A DNA stretch of 63,683 nucleotides, the filler included, from Choristocarpus tenellus KU-1152 (taxonomy: Eukaryota > Protista > Phaeophyceae): assembly GCA_964200185.2 (NCBI GenBank). It is 10 parts of 10 records of this genome, joined end to end, with 100 filler letters (N's around TTAATTAATTAA, not from the genome) between each part and the next. Parts side by side here need not be neighbours in the genome. Positions count along the whole stretch, not along the records: positions 12,075 to 17,489 come from CAXNAD020010850.1; positions 17,590 to 22,360 come from CAXNAD020013122.1; positions 22,461 to 29,235 come from CAXNAD020007378.1; 7 more parts are not named here. One strand, 5' to 3'. Position numbers and translations under genes: made by a program. This document shows, piece after piece, positions 12,969 through 24,690 of this stretch. The stretch's first letter is position 1. The number at the start of each line of letters is the position of its first letter. The notes under the pieces were generated by a model, which was given only the letters and a program-made list of their open reading frames with translations, had not been told where the DNA came from and did not search any database.

Positions 12969-15900
12969 GAGGCTCTCCAAGCAGGCATGTCAGAGAGCCT
13001 GTTCCGTAGACTGTGTGTGGCGCACCCAGAGTCACTCCAGAGCCTCACCTACCAGTACCGAATGAACGGTGATGTCATGGCTTTGTGCAATGCCCTTGTG
13101 TACTCTGGGCGCCTCCGGTGTGGAAACCCTTTGGTGGAGCAGCACTGCCTTGTTCTCCCAAACCTCGGGGCCATTCCCGACTCTATAGAGAGACCATCTG
13201 AGACAAGAACGGGAAATGTGGTGGGGGGTATGGATAATGGAGGTACGGAACACTGTTGTGACAGGAATGATGGCGTTGGTCAGTGCCATTCCAACCCTCC
13301 ACCAGGAGGAAGAGAATCGTGGCTGCGGGATGTCCTAAACCCAGATAGGCGTGTGATATTTTTGGATACGGATGGCATCGCTGTCGTGGGAGAAGGACAC
13401 CAATGCCATCAACAAGAGAGGCCTTTTGTTGGACTGGAGACTCGGGCAGCAGGGGGGGGGAGGAGGGATGCAGCCCGGGGCTCCCTGGTCAATGAGGTGG
13501 AGTGTGCGCTTGTACGCCTTCTGGTCTGGGGACTGGCTAAAGCTGGGCTAGACCTTGGGGAGGCGGGGGTGATATGCCCGTATCGTTCACAAGTGAGATT
13601 CCTGAGAGAGCCAAGCATGTTAGAGAGATGAAGATCAAGAATCTGTCAATAGCATTGACCAGGTCCCTGTTTGACTACTGCTAATGCTGTGCATGTGGTG
13701 GATAAATTGGATCTTTGTGTGTGCGTGCGTGTGTTGGGGAGGCGTTTCGTTTTGTATCCTGCTGCCCCTGTTGCTTCTTGATTATAGAATGTTGCCCTTA
13801 AGTGGACACCCCTTTTGTTTTGCTGGAGTCCTTCCATTTCTATGAAGCAGGTTACTTGTTTAAGTATATCTAGACCTCAATTTGTTGAACAGCTTCATGC
13901 CACGACAGAGATACTGTGTTGTGAGTAGGTACTCCATGCTTTCTTCTGTTGGACTTGAAAGTACTATAATGAAGAACTTCAGTACCCTGTTGAACTTGGA
14001 GGTGGGTACTGTGCTTATCCCATCGCAGGAAGCAACACAGTTCCAGATAAAATGGTTTACCAACCTAAGAAGAGGTTGCCGTTGATTTTTTAAGGGCCCC
14101 TATGACTGTCTTGCAATACATATATTTTTAATACTCTCTAGTTGGGTGCTTTTTGATAGCAAGATGTTCACAGGTATCCTTCTCTTATGCTGTCAGACCC
14201 TCACTAAGAAGCTTCAACTGCATTTCAGGGATGGGCATGGTGTATCCTGGACAAGTTTCAAAAAGGTCTTGAACCTCAAAAGGACCAAATTTGACCCCCC
14301 TTCTTGGATTGTTTCAATCGTCGTTTCCATCTGCTGCCCTTACAGTTCTGTTCCTAACTATTAACTTCTTGAATTTTACTTGCTGGCTCCCTCCTAACCC
14401 CCCCTCCCCTCCCCATTCTTCTTAACATACTCTTGTTACAATACTATCCCAGGTGCACCTGCTGCAATCACAGATGGGGGAGGCCTTCCCCTCTGTGGAG
14501 ATCAACACCATCGATAAGTACCAGGGAAGGGACAAGCAGGTGAGAGAGGGCGTCAGGCAAAGAAGTAACAGAATGCTTCTGTAGGTATATACTCCGGGTT
14601 ATGGTATGATATAATTTCATAACAAAACACGTTTGACGTCTTGGGAAACCTTAGTGAGGGGAGAGGTTGAGAGGTGTTGCTCCTTCCGTGTAATTGCCGA
14701 CTTGCTTGCACGACATGTACATTTAGCCTCAGATAGATGCAGTTTATGAGCTGCCAACCTTGTGCCTTGGTCGTGTCTACTGCCTGAGTGTTCTGGAGGG
14801 TACCTTCCTTGTTGCTCTGTCTCTTGACATCAGTCCCATCAAAACATTGAACTCTTGGGAGTGAGAGCAAAGGAGAGTCTCACTGTCTTCTAATTGAGGG
14901 TGTTCAATTGTACAATTAGGGTCAAAATTATTTCTTTGAAACGTTGTAATAAGATTTAAGAAAACACACTCCTCGAATACATCAAAGCATAATATTGTTT
15001 CTCTGGTTTGTGGCAGTCAGTACTGACTGCTACAATACAAGCACACATACACCTATTTGTACAATTCGCACATAAAATACGACAGTGGATAAGATCAGGT
15101 ACACCTGTGCCATTTGGAGGCCAAAAACGGGTATGGCGGAAAAAAAAAGTTGGGTAATGAGCCCTCCATCACAAGACCCGAGCTAAAATCGCTCTTTACC
15201 TGTTCTCACCCCTATTTTGACAGGTACATCACCACTTCATCTATTCTCCATGTTGCTCACCCATTTCAACCCGCTTTTTGCTCTTTGAAAGTACTCTTTG
15301 ATTGGACCAACAAAACAGTTCTTCCTTCCCACCACATACCACAACTTCCAAAAACTCATCCTCACCTTCAGACAACATTGGAACCGATCCATTCCCTCTT
15401 TGCTAGGAATCATTCTCTCATGCCGCATTCAACCTCAGAAATCAGAACATCACCAAGAAATTTCCAAACCAATTCGGATGACATGACATGACATGACAGG
15501 ATGAGAGTCCTGAACAAGTGCAGTGTGTGGGGAAGGAAGGTGTTGTTGGTCCAATCATAGTACTGACAAGGGGGGGGGGAAACGTGTACACAGATTTGAG
15601 CAAAAAGCGGGCAGAAACAAGTGAATGATGTAGAGAGGAGACAAGGGTTATTGTACCTGTCAACATGGGGTCGAGAATAGGTATAGGATGATTTTAGCGG
15701 AGGTCATGTGATGGAGGACGGTACATGCTCCAAATTGTTTTCCGCTCTACCCATTTTTGTCCTAAAACGACACAAGTATACCCATTCTAGTCCACTTACC
15801 TAATAATAATATTACCAACGTTCACTGCACGTTATTTACTCCTAGATATTCCATTTGAATGTTTTGAAGTGGCCTACTGCACCCCAAGTCAATAAGATGC

Positions 15901-17489
15901 TTTTATGTTCCCCCTGTGACCTCCCATTCCCTTCACCACTGTTGGGCACGAACCTGGGTATGTATACACATGTAATATTTCATGTGTTGGGGTGACGTCA
16001 TTCTTATGAGGCAGTTCAGGGTAGTGTATTTTGTACTGGGCTAGAGCTGGTTGGACAGTTTTTGTTGAGAAGTGCAGGAAGATTTGGCAAAAATAATGAT
16101 TGCCCGTTTCAAGCAATGCTGGTTGGCAGACGGGTATAGTGGTGTATAGAGGTACTTTGAAGAATTGGGTATCGTTCCTTACACCATCAATAGTTTCCAT
16201 CGCAACAGTTACTTGCCACATCAAATAAAATCGCCCAAAACTTGACACTCCAGACCAGTGCAACATGCTAGCTGCCCTGTTTGACAGGTTGCATATTTTA
16301 TTTTCAGGGAGGGATCATAGATGAGCCGTGTTGAAGACGCTGTGGAATCGCTTGACTAATGGAGTCCTTGCTGTAGAAGGAGCCTATTTAGTGATGCAAA
16401 AAGATTGCTGTAGAAGACCATTTACAACGGTACAGTGGTCTTTGTAGAGATCCAAAATATCATGGACAGGCTGAATCCCACGTTGATCCAACCTTGGCAT
16501 TGAATCATTGACCTACATTTTACAGTATATTGTATGTGGAGAGTGAAAGTATCTTAGAGGGTACGAGTTTTACCCTATTTGTCCGTTTGGGGCTTGGCTT
16601 CCCATGGGGTTTTTTTATGACATTTTCCTACTCCAAAATGTTTAGGAGTAAGTAAAATGTATACGTTATGGAAAGATGTGTCCGGAACATGAATATTTGA
16701 CACTTCCTAACAAACACGATAGCCAAAATTACATCAAAATCACAACATTGGATTCTGGTCCCCAAATGGACGCGGCACTACCCTCTAAGATACTTTGACT
16801 CTGGAACCCCCTAATATAGAGTCAGCAAGTACAAGCCTATTCCAGGTGAAGAAGTGTCATTTTGATGGGAAGGATAGGTTGTGTATGCAAATGTCAACAT
16901 ATTCTTCAGAAAACAGTCTGGTAATTTGCTCTTGGACATTGGGGACGCACATAAAAGGTGTAAGGGAGGTAGGCAGGGGATGTCGTTGTGCTCTTACTTG
17001 CTTCATTGTACTCGGGGGTATGTGTTCCTGTGCATTTGAATAGACTAATCATGAAACGTACCCAAGCCACAATTGTACTAGGTTGTTGCAACTTCTTGTG
17101 TGAAGTGGAAGTTCAGTATTACAACAGGGTACCTTCCTTTTCAGCTCACCCCACAACCTGATAATACTGTCTTAACAGCTGAGAAATCACCCCCCTGACC
17201 ATGCGTTTACAACAGGTCGTTGTTGTGTCCTTTGTCCGTTCCAATCCTGAGGGCGCTGTGGGGGAACTGCTTCGTGACTGGCGCCGCCTTAATGTTGCCC
17301 TCTCTCGGGCCAAGGGCAAGCTCGTACTAGTAGGCTCACTGCAGACCTTAGCCCGCTGCTCCATCCTTTTCTCCCTAGTTGACATCCTTAAGGCCCGGGA
17401 TTGGGTATACAGTCTACCCCCTAAGGCACACCTTGCATATTCAGCTTTTGGGGGGGGGGGGTGGGGGGGCCAGAAATTGCCTGAAATTG
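12969..17489 (+). CDS. DNA2: DNA2 helicase/nuclease, C-terminal SF1 helicase exons (partial)
   Basis: Exons 12969-13592, 14453-14539 and 17216-contig end. Motifs: ESLFRRL, LTYQYRMNGDVMALCNALVYSGRLRCG, GVICPYRSQV, NTIDKYQGRDK, VSFVRSN, GELLRDWRRLNVALSRAKGKLVLVGS. Confidence 0.92.
15083..15797. mobile_element. Non-autonomous foldback-type DNA element with ~250-bp imperfect inverted repeats
   Basis: 15083-~15335 is the reverse complement of ~15525-15797. Example pairs: CTCCATCACAAGACCCGAGCTAAAATC vs GATTTTAGCGGAGGTCATGTGATGGAG; GATTGGACCAACAA vs TTGTTGGTCCAATC. TSD not resolved. Confidence 0.75.
16541..16801 (+). mobile_element. MITE family A (Sola-like), complete copy
   Basis: TIRs GAGTGAAAGTATCTTAGAGGGTA ... 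TACCCTCTAAGATACTTTGACTC; flanking 4-bp direct repeat TGGA; inside a DNA2 intron. Confidence 0.9.
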
Positions 17490-18609
17490 NNNNNNNNNNN
17501 NNNNNNNNNNNNNNNNNNNNNNNNNNNNNNNNNTTAATTAATTAANNNNNNNNNNNNNNNNNNNNNNNNNNNNNNNNNNNNNNNNNNNNGGCGGCAGTGC
17601 GGTATCGTGGGGATGTGGATGGAAGGTTAAGGGGGGATTGAGAGCGTGTTTGTGGGGGTGGGGGTGGGAGGAACGGCTGTCTGAGTGACAATTCTGGTGC
17701 AGGAAATGCAAAACATCATAGAAGTACTCCTAACCCTAACCCTAACCCTTGCGGTGCACCATTGAAACAGGGTTGGCAATGCACAAGGTAGAAATGAGAT
17801 GTATTGTTAAAAGATGTATAACCAAGGCGGACCTGACAGCAAGAGGATTTTGCTGTCTGGCGAACATAATGTATCGGACGTGGTCCATTGTTGAGCGAAA
17901 GCACTTAAGAGAGGGTTTGATTTCGGCTGTTTCGATTGTTCAAGACCTCTTTCAAACCTTAACGCAATATATACCATGCCCATGCCCGAAATGCAGTTGA
18001 TGCCCTTGGGAGGGATGTAGCTGCATAAGAGAACAAAACTCATCACGCTTCTTTTAGACTTCATCACTTGTTGTCGCAAGCTCTGAAAGCAGGTTCAAGG
18101 CAATGTCTGTGTCAGCAATTGCCACACTCAAGGAAATCTTGGTACTGCAATGCTTCCCTTCAATGGTGGTTGTATTGGTGTCACCTCAAAACATAAGCGG
18201 TTTGCTCCCTGCCTGTTCCAACACCCAGCACATCCATCCACTGGGGTATCTTAAGAAGGCCTCTGTGCCGCCCCAATAAACATTTAGTTGATGCACTTTC
18301 ACTCTCCGATCTATCGACTTCACTGGTGAGAATAGAAACACAAAAACAACGTGCCTGTAACACGTTAGAAATGTTACCCTCATTCCCAGCCTCTCGGTCC
18401 CTATTTAAATATCTAATCACATGCATGGAGAAGCACGAGGAACTGACTGGGGTCTTGTCTCAACAGTTGTATAATAGAGAGGTATGTCTACATAGCAGCT
18501 GACATAAAATAGGCAAGGCGGAGGTGGAGGGGCTAGGGGTGCAGAATGGGAGAGGGAACAACAATGACCATACTAACGATGAGGGATTTCAATGGAGGGT
18601 CGAACCAAC

Positions 18610-19721
18610 CTTTTCAATGACAGCACCTCCTCCTTCTGGCAGGTTGGTCATCAACCCAAAGTCGTAAACAACATAGAGCACCCCTAAGGTGCTTGCATAG
18701 ATACCCATGTAGCAACCAATGCCCACCACACCATACTGACTCAAGAGTGTGCCGAGGCGTCCTTTTCCCTCCTTGGCCCTGTCTCTCACTGCCTGCCGCA
18801 GACGACCTTCTTTGGCGGCATCTCTCATAGCCTATATTCGGGCGAGGGTGGTCGGGAAATTGAAGGTGTTCTCGATTCGGATCTATGGTTCACCCTCTCG
18901 AAACAAGCGTAGAGGGAAGATAGTCGGGGGGAGATCTCGAGATCCCCTTCTGTCATGTTCAGCACCACCAAGTCAGGTTAAATTTTAGACTCTTCAGCAC
19001 AATCGTGTGTCCCCTAGTGTTTGTGTGTTTAACGCATTGTTCAAGTGAGGCGATTCGGGTCACACAGGAGCGATCTTGATGGCGTTTCGGACATAAAGCA
19101 ACTGGGAGCAACGACTGTCCACGAATACGAAGTTTAATTTCTCAGGAAAACACATCTGCAGAGTTCAAGCAGCGATTAGAGAAACCCTCTTGCTAGCCTT
19201 GAACAACACATGCTTGGTCTTCCACATGTGCAGTTAAGGCGCAAGTATATCACCTCGATGTTGTCGTCTAGTCCCGCACGCGCTCCCTTCATCCTCCCCT
19301 GAAGATCCTCTCTCATTCCTTCCACCCTACCAGTCAGCCGTTGGCTAATCTTCTCACTCATCTTGTTACTTGTACCATCGCCTCCTTGCCCTGTCACGCC
19401 TTCCTCTTCATGCTTGCTGCCTGGCACTTCCTTCTTGCTTTGATCAGAGTGCCATCTCACAGACTGAAAAGAAAATCTAGATCTACTCATTCGTGTCCCT
19501 GAATCCAGCCATGGGTTGTCATGTATAACATGCAGCAGAGCAGGACAGGGCAGGAGTCCACGTACTGTATGGTCGTCTCTCGTGAGATTTGTAACACCAA
19601 TCAAAGACCTGGCGTGTCGAGGAGAGAAACTCCTATGGATGGCCAACCGAGAGGATTTATCGCAGGAAAATACAGACGCAAGTGTGCATCGACGTGTTAC
19701 CACCCGTTTGGCCGATCTCAT
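18610..19721 (-). CDS. FAM210/DUF1279-family protein, probably mitochondrial (5' exons)
   Basis: Exons 19721-19254 and 18831-18610 join in phase 0. Arg/Ser-rich presequence-like N-terminus. LLSQYGVVGIGCYMGIYASTLGVLYVVYDFG fits the start of DUF1279. Downstream exons not resolved. Confidence 0.7.
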
Positions 19722-19878
19722 GGTGCCCACGGCTTCCCCAGATACCCTACCCACAATAGTTTCGTTTGGACAGATTCAAAGGAGATGGTGACTCCATTTA
19801 GGGTTAGGGATCCTCAGACTGAACGTCAACGACCTCCACACCAATTACTTGACCTCCAATACCCCATCACAGAGCTCG
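19722..19878. promoter_or_regulatory. Putative bidirectional promoter (157 bp between divergent ATGs)
   Basis: FAM210-like ATG at 19721 (-) and UTP7 ATG at 19879 (+). Confidence 0.55.
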
Positions 19879-21380
19879 ATGGAGGGTAATGCAGGTAATG
19901 GCAGTGGTAAGGGACTGAAGCGAAAACTGGATGGAGGAGGAAGAGGAGATCCGCCAGGTGTGAGCAGGGGTGGGGGCCAAGGGAGGGGCCGGGGGAGGAA
20001 TCAACGCGGTAGAGGATCTGGGCGGGGGAGAGGTGGTTGGGGGGGACGTGGGCGCGGTGCTGCTCAAGTTCCACAAGAAAGGACCATGGATCGACAATTT
20101 GGAAGAAATATGGTGCCGCCTAGGTCTTTGCATAAGTATGTGCGAGGCCCAGGCAACAACACGTCGGTGAGAAAGGGGGTAGATTACACTTTTGCCAACT
20201 GAACACGCCTCGCCCTATACCTGCTGCGTATCTTGTAGCCCAGGGTGCTCGGTGGTTGTTTTAGCCTTCCCCCTCTCTTGTTCTGACTTAAGGTAGTGTC
20301 TGATTATTGACCTGGCAATGGACGAGTGGACACTTACAACGTGAAACCGATCAATCCAGTTCTTCGAACAAACTTGAGTCTCTTCCATAATCACTAGGGG
20401 CGTCGTCATCCACACCATCATGCCACCTCTCCACCCTGGGGTTGCTCAATCCATCTCCAACACTACACGAAAAACCGCCCCCATCCCCCATTGGTACCTT
20501 CAGGATATCGAAAACAAGAAACTCAAGAGCAGCTTGCAAAGAAGCGAGAAGAAGTTCGAGGCCGCCTCTTTCAGCGCGGCAGAGGCAGAGGTTCTCCTTC
20601 CCGACGATGCCGGATATTTGGAAGCAGAGGGGATGGAGGAGACCTTCAAGTTTACTCAGGCCCAACTGAAGGTGATATAGCGAGACGATACGAATTTGCA
20701 ACGATAAATTGGCTTGTTTGAATGTGCATTTCTTGTTGATTCGGAGTGGAAGACATGCGTGCAGTGCTTTTTATGGGAACACTTTTGAGAGGAACATTGT
20801 ACAAGGAGTGACACCACCCCAGTGCATCCACCAGATGTTCTGACAAAAAATTAGCACCTCCCGCCTTGCAGGAACTTTCTTGCCACACCACTGGTTCTTA
20901 CTCACCCAGTGATACTGTGACCAACATAATTAACTCCATTAAAAATCAATTTTTAGATGACATTGCCAGGCAAGTTGGCAGACTCGTTGGCAAATTAGGG
21001 TTATTTGAAATATCTCCAACGATCAAGTAGGTAATTTATCATAAACTATCGACAAGAAGAAAGGATAATTTGAGAACCATGAATCACTCAACACCTAAGT
21101 ATAGTCTTCACTCTGACAGTCGTGTCAATCAGTGCTAAATACAACCAACCCATCACAGCATGGATGCAGATGTGTTTAGTGAATTGGAGGTGGTTAAAAG
21201 AGGTTTCCTAGCCAACTTCTCATGAAGGATCCGATACTCACAACCCCACACACTCTTGGTCTATCCTTCTGTGAATGACATCCCTTCGAAATTGTCTTAA
21301 GGAAGTAACATCTCTCTACTTTCACAATGCAACCAGCACTCCTGGTGGATGAAACAGACGATCAGAAAATACGCTACTAT

Positions 21381-21420
<40 letters not shown>

Positions 21421-21750
21421 TGTGTACAAGTAAGTGCTTCACACACTCTAACTGAAACGACAGTCCACTCGGGCAACAGGTGAATCATCGGTGATTTTTT
21501 TTTTTTTTTGACAGAATTCTCCTACCCCAACCTGCCTCCTTACGGCCCGATATTCCTTGAACCTTACATGTCCTCCTTGATCCAGAACGCGGTGGACTTG
21601 AACACTGCACGAGAGATGTTCAACCTAGAACTACCGAACCTTGGACCGTACTGCTTCGATTTCACGCGCAATGGTCGGTTCTTGATCCTTGGAGGGAGGA
21701 GGGGCCATCTGGCAATGCTTGATGCCCTTAGGATGGACGTTCAAATGGAG
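19879..21750 (+). CDS. UTP7: U3 snoRNA-associated protein 7 / WDR46 (5' exons)
   Basis: Exons 19879-20166, 20504-20671 and 21586-21750. RGG-rich N-terminus, then AAEAEVLLPDDAGYLEAEGMEETFKFTQ and FNLELPNLGPYCFDFTRNGRFLILGGRRGHLA. Confidence 0.9.
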
Positions 21751-22025
21751 GTACGGCTCCGTGTCTCCTGAGTCAGGCGTTAGTTGTTGCTTTTTGTGGG
21801 GGTAGTGGGGGGTGAGGAGAGAGGAGGTGAGGTGTTAGGGGGGGCGGGGAGATATTCTTGGGGAGAGGACTTCACTGCTATTACGATGAGAGCATGGGCG
21901 GAATAGACACTTGGGAAGAAGATAGTGTTTCTATGGGCGAGGAGTTGGGGTTAGGGTTAGAGTTGGGGTTAGGGTTGGGGTTAGGGTTTGGGAAGCGTGG
22001 GGTAGGGGATGAGTCGGAAAGGTCA

Positions 22026-22061
<36 letters not shown>

Positions 22062-22460
22062 TTTTTCCCTCACTTGTATTCGAGACTCTCTCTTGCTCTG
22101 TGGTGAATGTTGTTCTGTGCTGCAGTGGTGATCTAGTGTGACAATGTTGGCGGGCGTTGCATGGCATGCCCAAGAAAAATGTTCGTAACGGATGCCAGAG
22201 AGAGAGGAGGTACACTCATTACTTCCCCGACCCTCCTCACTCCTCCAGAAGTTAGTTTCCCTGCACGTACCGTAAGCAGAACAATTTTATGTAACACTTC
22301 CATTCCAATTCCCCCCCCCCCCGCCACGTAAATACCTCCCTAGATATATAAATATATACANNNNNNNNNNNNNNNNNNNNNNNNNNNNNNNNNNNNNNNN
22401 NNNNTTAATTAATTAANNNNNNNNNNNNNNNNNNNNNNNNNNNNNNNNNNNNNNNNNNNN

Positions 22461-22486
22461 CACCCCGCCCCCAGATACTTTCACTC
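22461..22486. mobile_element. Terminus of MITE family B, cut by the contig edge
   Basis: CCCCCAGATACTTTCACTC, the same end as at 47703-47721. Confidence 0.6.
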
Positions 22487-22571
22487 TGATCCTTGGCAAT
22501 TTATTGCTGTTGCTCGAACAATTACAGCGTGGGATTCTGATGATGGATCAGGGGTAGTACAAATTGCTAAT

Positions 22572-23970
22572 ATGTGTTCACAATCAGTTCATTTACCAAA
22601 GAATACTCTACTGGGTCACATCTATCCTGCAAATGTAGTCAACACAAGACACTCTCACACTATATCTGCAACATCTCTATCCGGGTCTGAACGAACGCGT
22701 CTTGATAATGCATTGAAGCCTGCTTTCATTAACACTACTTTCTCTTCACCTCAAATACAAGAAACACTGAATCTTTGTGCTAAATTCCTCTCAGTATTTT
22801 CCCTTGACACCTCTGAATTGGGAACTTGCACCATTGCTGAAGCTGATTTCCCTCTCGAACCAGGTACCAGACCTATTAGTCGGGCACCATATCGAACCAA
22901 TCCACATGTTAGAGGTATTATTGATAAATGCGTTGAAGATTTACAAAACCGAGGACTAATTGAAGCTCGTTCTAGTCCATGGGGTTCCCCTGTTACTATC
23001 ATTGCCAAAGCAGATGGGACCCCAAGATTCTGCATTGATTATCGACGGACCACAAATAAACTCCTAATTAATCGTTCTTGGTCCATGCCTTTAGCTGAAG
23101 AACATCTTGATTCCATTGGTGCAGCAAAATTTCTTTCTGTTCCAGACGTTCAATCAGCATATCATCAAATTCCTGTGGCGGAAGCAGACATTGACAAGAC
23201 TGATTTTGTCACCCATAAACGCAAGTTTGTATGGAAACGACTCCCACCTTCTAAATTGAAGTTTGGTCCAGCAGAACTTGAATACCTTGGTCATATTGTT
23301 TCTCGTACAGGGATACGTCTTGGAAAAGCTCGAATTCAAGCTATTATTGACCTACCCTCTCCTCGAACAATCAAAGACATTCGTTCTATCCTTGTTATGT
23401 GCAAGTTTTGTCGAAAGTTCATCCCACATTATACAGACCTGACAGAACCCCTTCCAAAATTCACACGTAAAGAATTAGCACGTCCTTCTGGTGAAATAGG
23501 AAAAGCATGGACATCAGTTCATGATACCGCATTAGAAAAAATTAAAACGGCATTAACATCGGCGCCTCTTTTACATTATCCTGATTTCTCGAAATCTTTT
23601 GTGGTACATGTGGATGCTTCCAACTTGTGCAGGGGTGGTTTTCTTGCTCAAAAAGCGTCAGATGATCCAACGAACACCTCGCTTCATATTGTGACCTACT
23701 TTGGCAAGAAATTTGATGGAGCACAACGAAATTATTCAGTCACATATAAAGATTGTTTAGCAGTAGTCCATGCCATTAACCACTGCCGTCCATATCTTTG
23801 GGGTCGACATTCTGATTTATTTACTGACCATGCGGTACTAAGATATCTGTATTACATGCAAGACGCAGATAATATGTTGACACGTTGGGCTCCAGCTCTC
23901 CAATTTTTCGACTTTACAGTCCACCATAAACCAGACAGAGACAATGTTGCACCTGATGCCCTTTCTCGCC
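22572..23970 (+). mobile_element. Ty3/Gypsy pol remnant (RT with internal deletion, plus RNase H)
   Basis: Motifs: SSPWGSPVTIIAKADGTPRFCIDYR, SAYHQIPV, YLGHIVS, FVVHVDAS, FTDH, NVAPDALSR. The YxDD segment is absent (WKRLP joins directly to PSKLKFG). Confidence 0.9.
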
Positions 23971-24562
23971 GACTGGCTTTGTACCGGCCGAAGTCGGACC
24001 TGTTGAACCCCATTGTGGGTGAAGGTTTCCGAAATGGCGACAACCCGGAAGGACTCAATGTTCGGAATGATATCAGCTGGAGATCAGGTTCTTCGGCAGT
24101 ATCAAGGTCTGGAATTGATTTTTCTCCCTACAGGAGAAGGCAGCGATCAAAGGCCCAACCACCCAAGTTGGTGGACAACTCCAACTATATCGTGATTGGA
24201 GAAGGCAATTCACGATCCATTGTAAGCAAACTGGCTGTTTATCTGCACTAACTTCCCCAAGACCAATCAACCAGGAGCAATCGCAGGAGGAACTACTCGC
24301 TGATGGGTTCAGTACAGATGAGATCTGGATGGCCGAGGAAGCATATTATGCGCTTACCATTGCTCTTGTTGGCCCTACTGTGCAAATTACCTTGGGAGGA
24401 AATGCTATTTGTTAGTAGTGAAGACAAGAAGGTGTGAAGCCTCGCACGACCCCCTTTGCTGAACGTGATTACATGGTTGGAATTAGAAGAGTGACCTTTG
24501 TGTGGTGTCTTCTCATTGCTTGTTTAGTATTTATTTGTGCTTCATACATTAGTTCATGGTTA

Positions 24563-24690
24563 TGTCAAAGTAGTTGAATGCAGAATAAAAACCCACATTA
24601 TTCCCACTCAAAATCCGGATGTACTATCTCATTAGATACATCTCTCATACACAAAATAAGGTACACCTCACTATTGTCCTATTTTGCACA
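24563..24690 (-). repeat. 3' LTR of the Copia element (128 bp, TG...CA)
   Basis: Bounded by TG/CA. Preceded on the minus strand by the polypurine tract GGGGGAG (24691-24697). Near-identical to 26899-27023. Confidence 0.85.
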
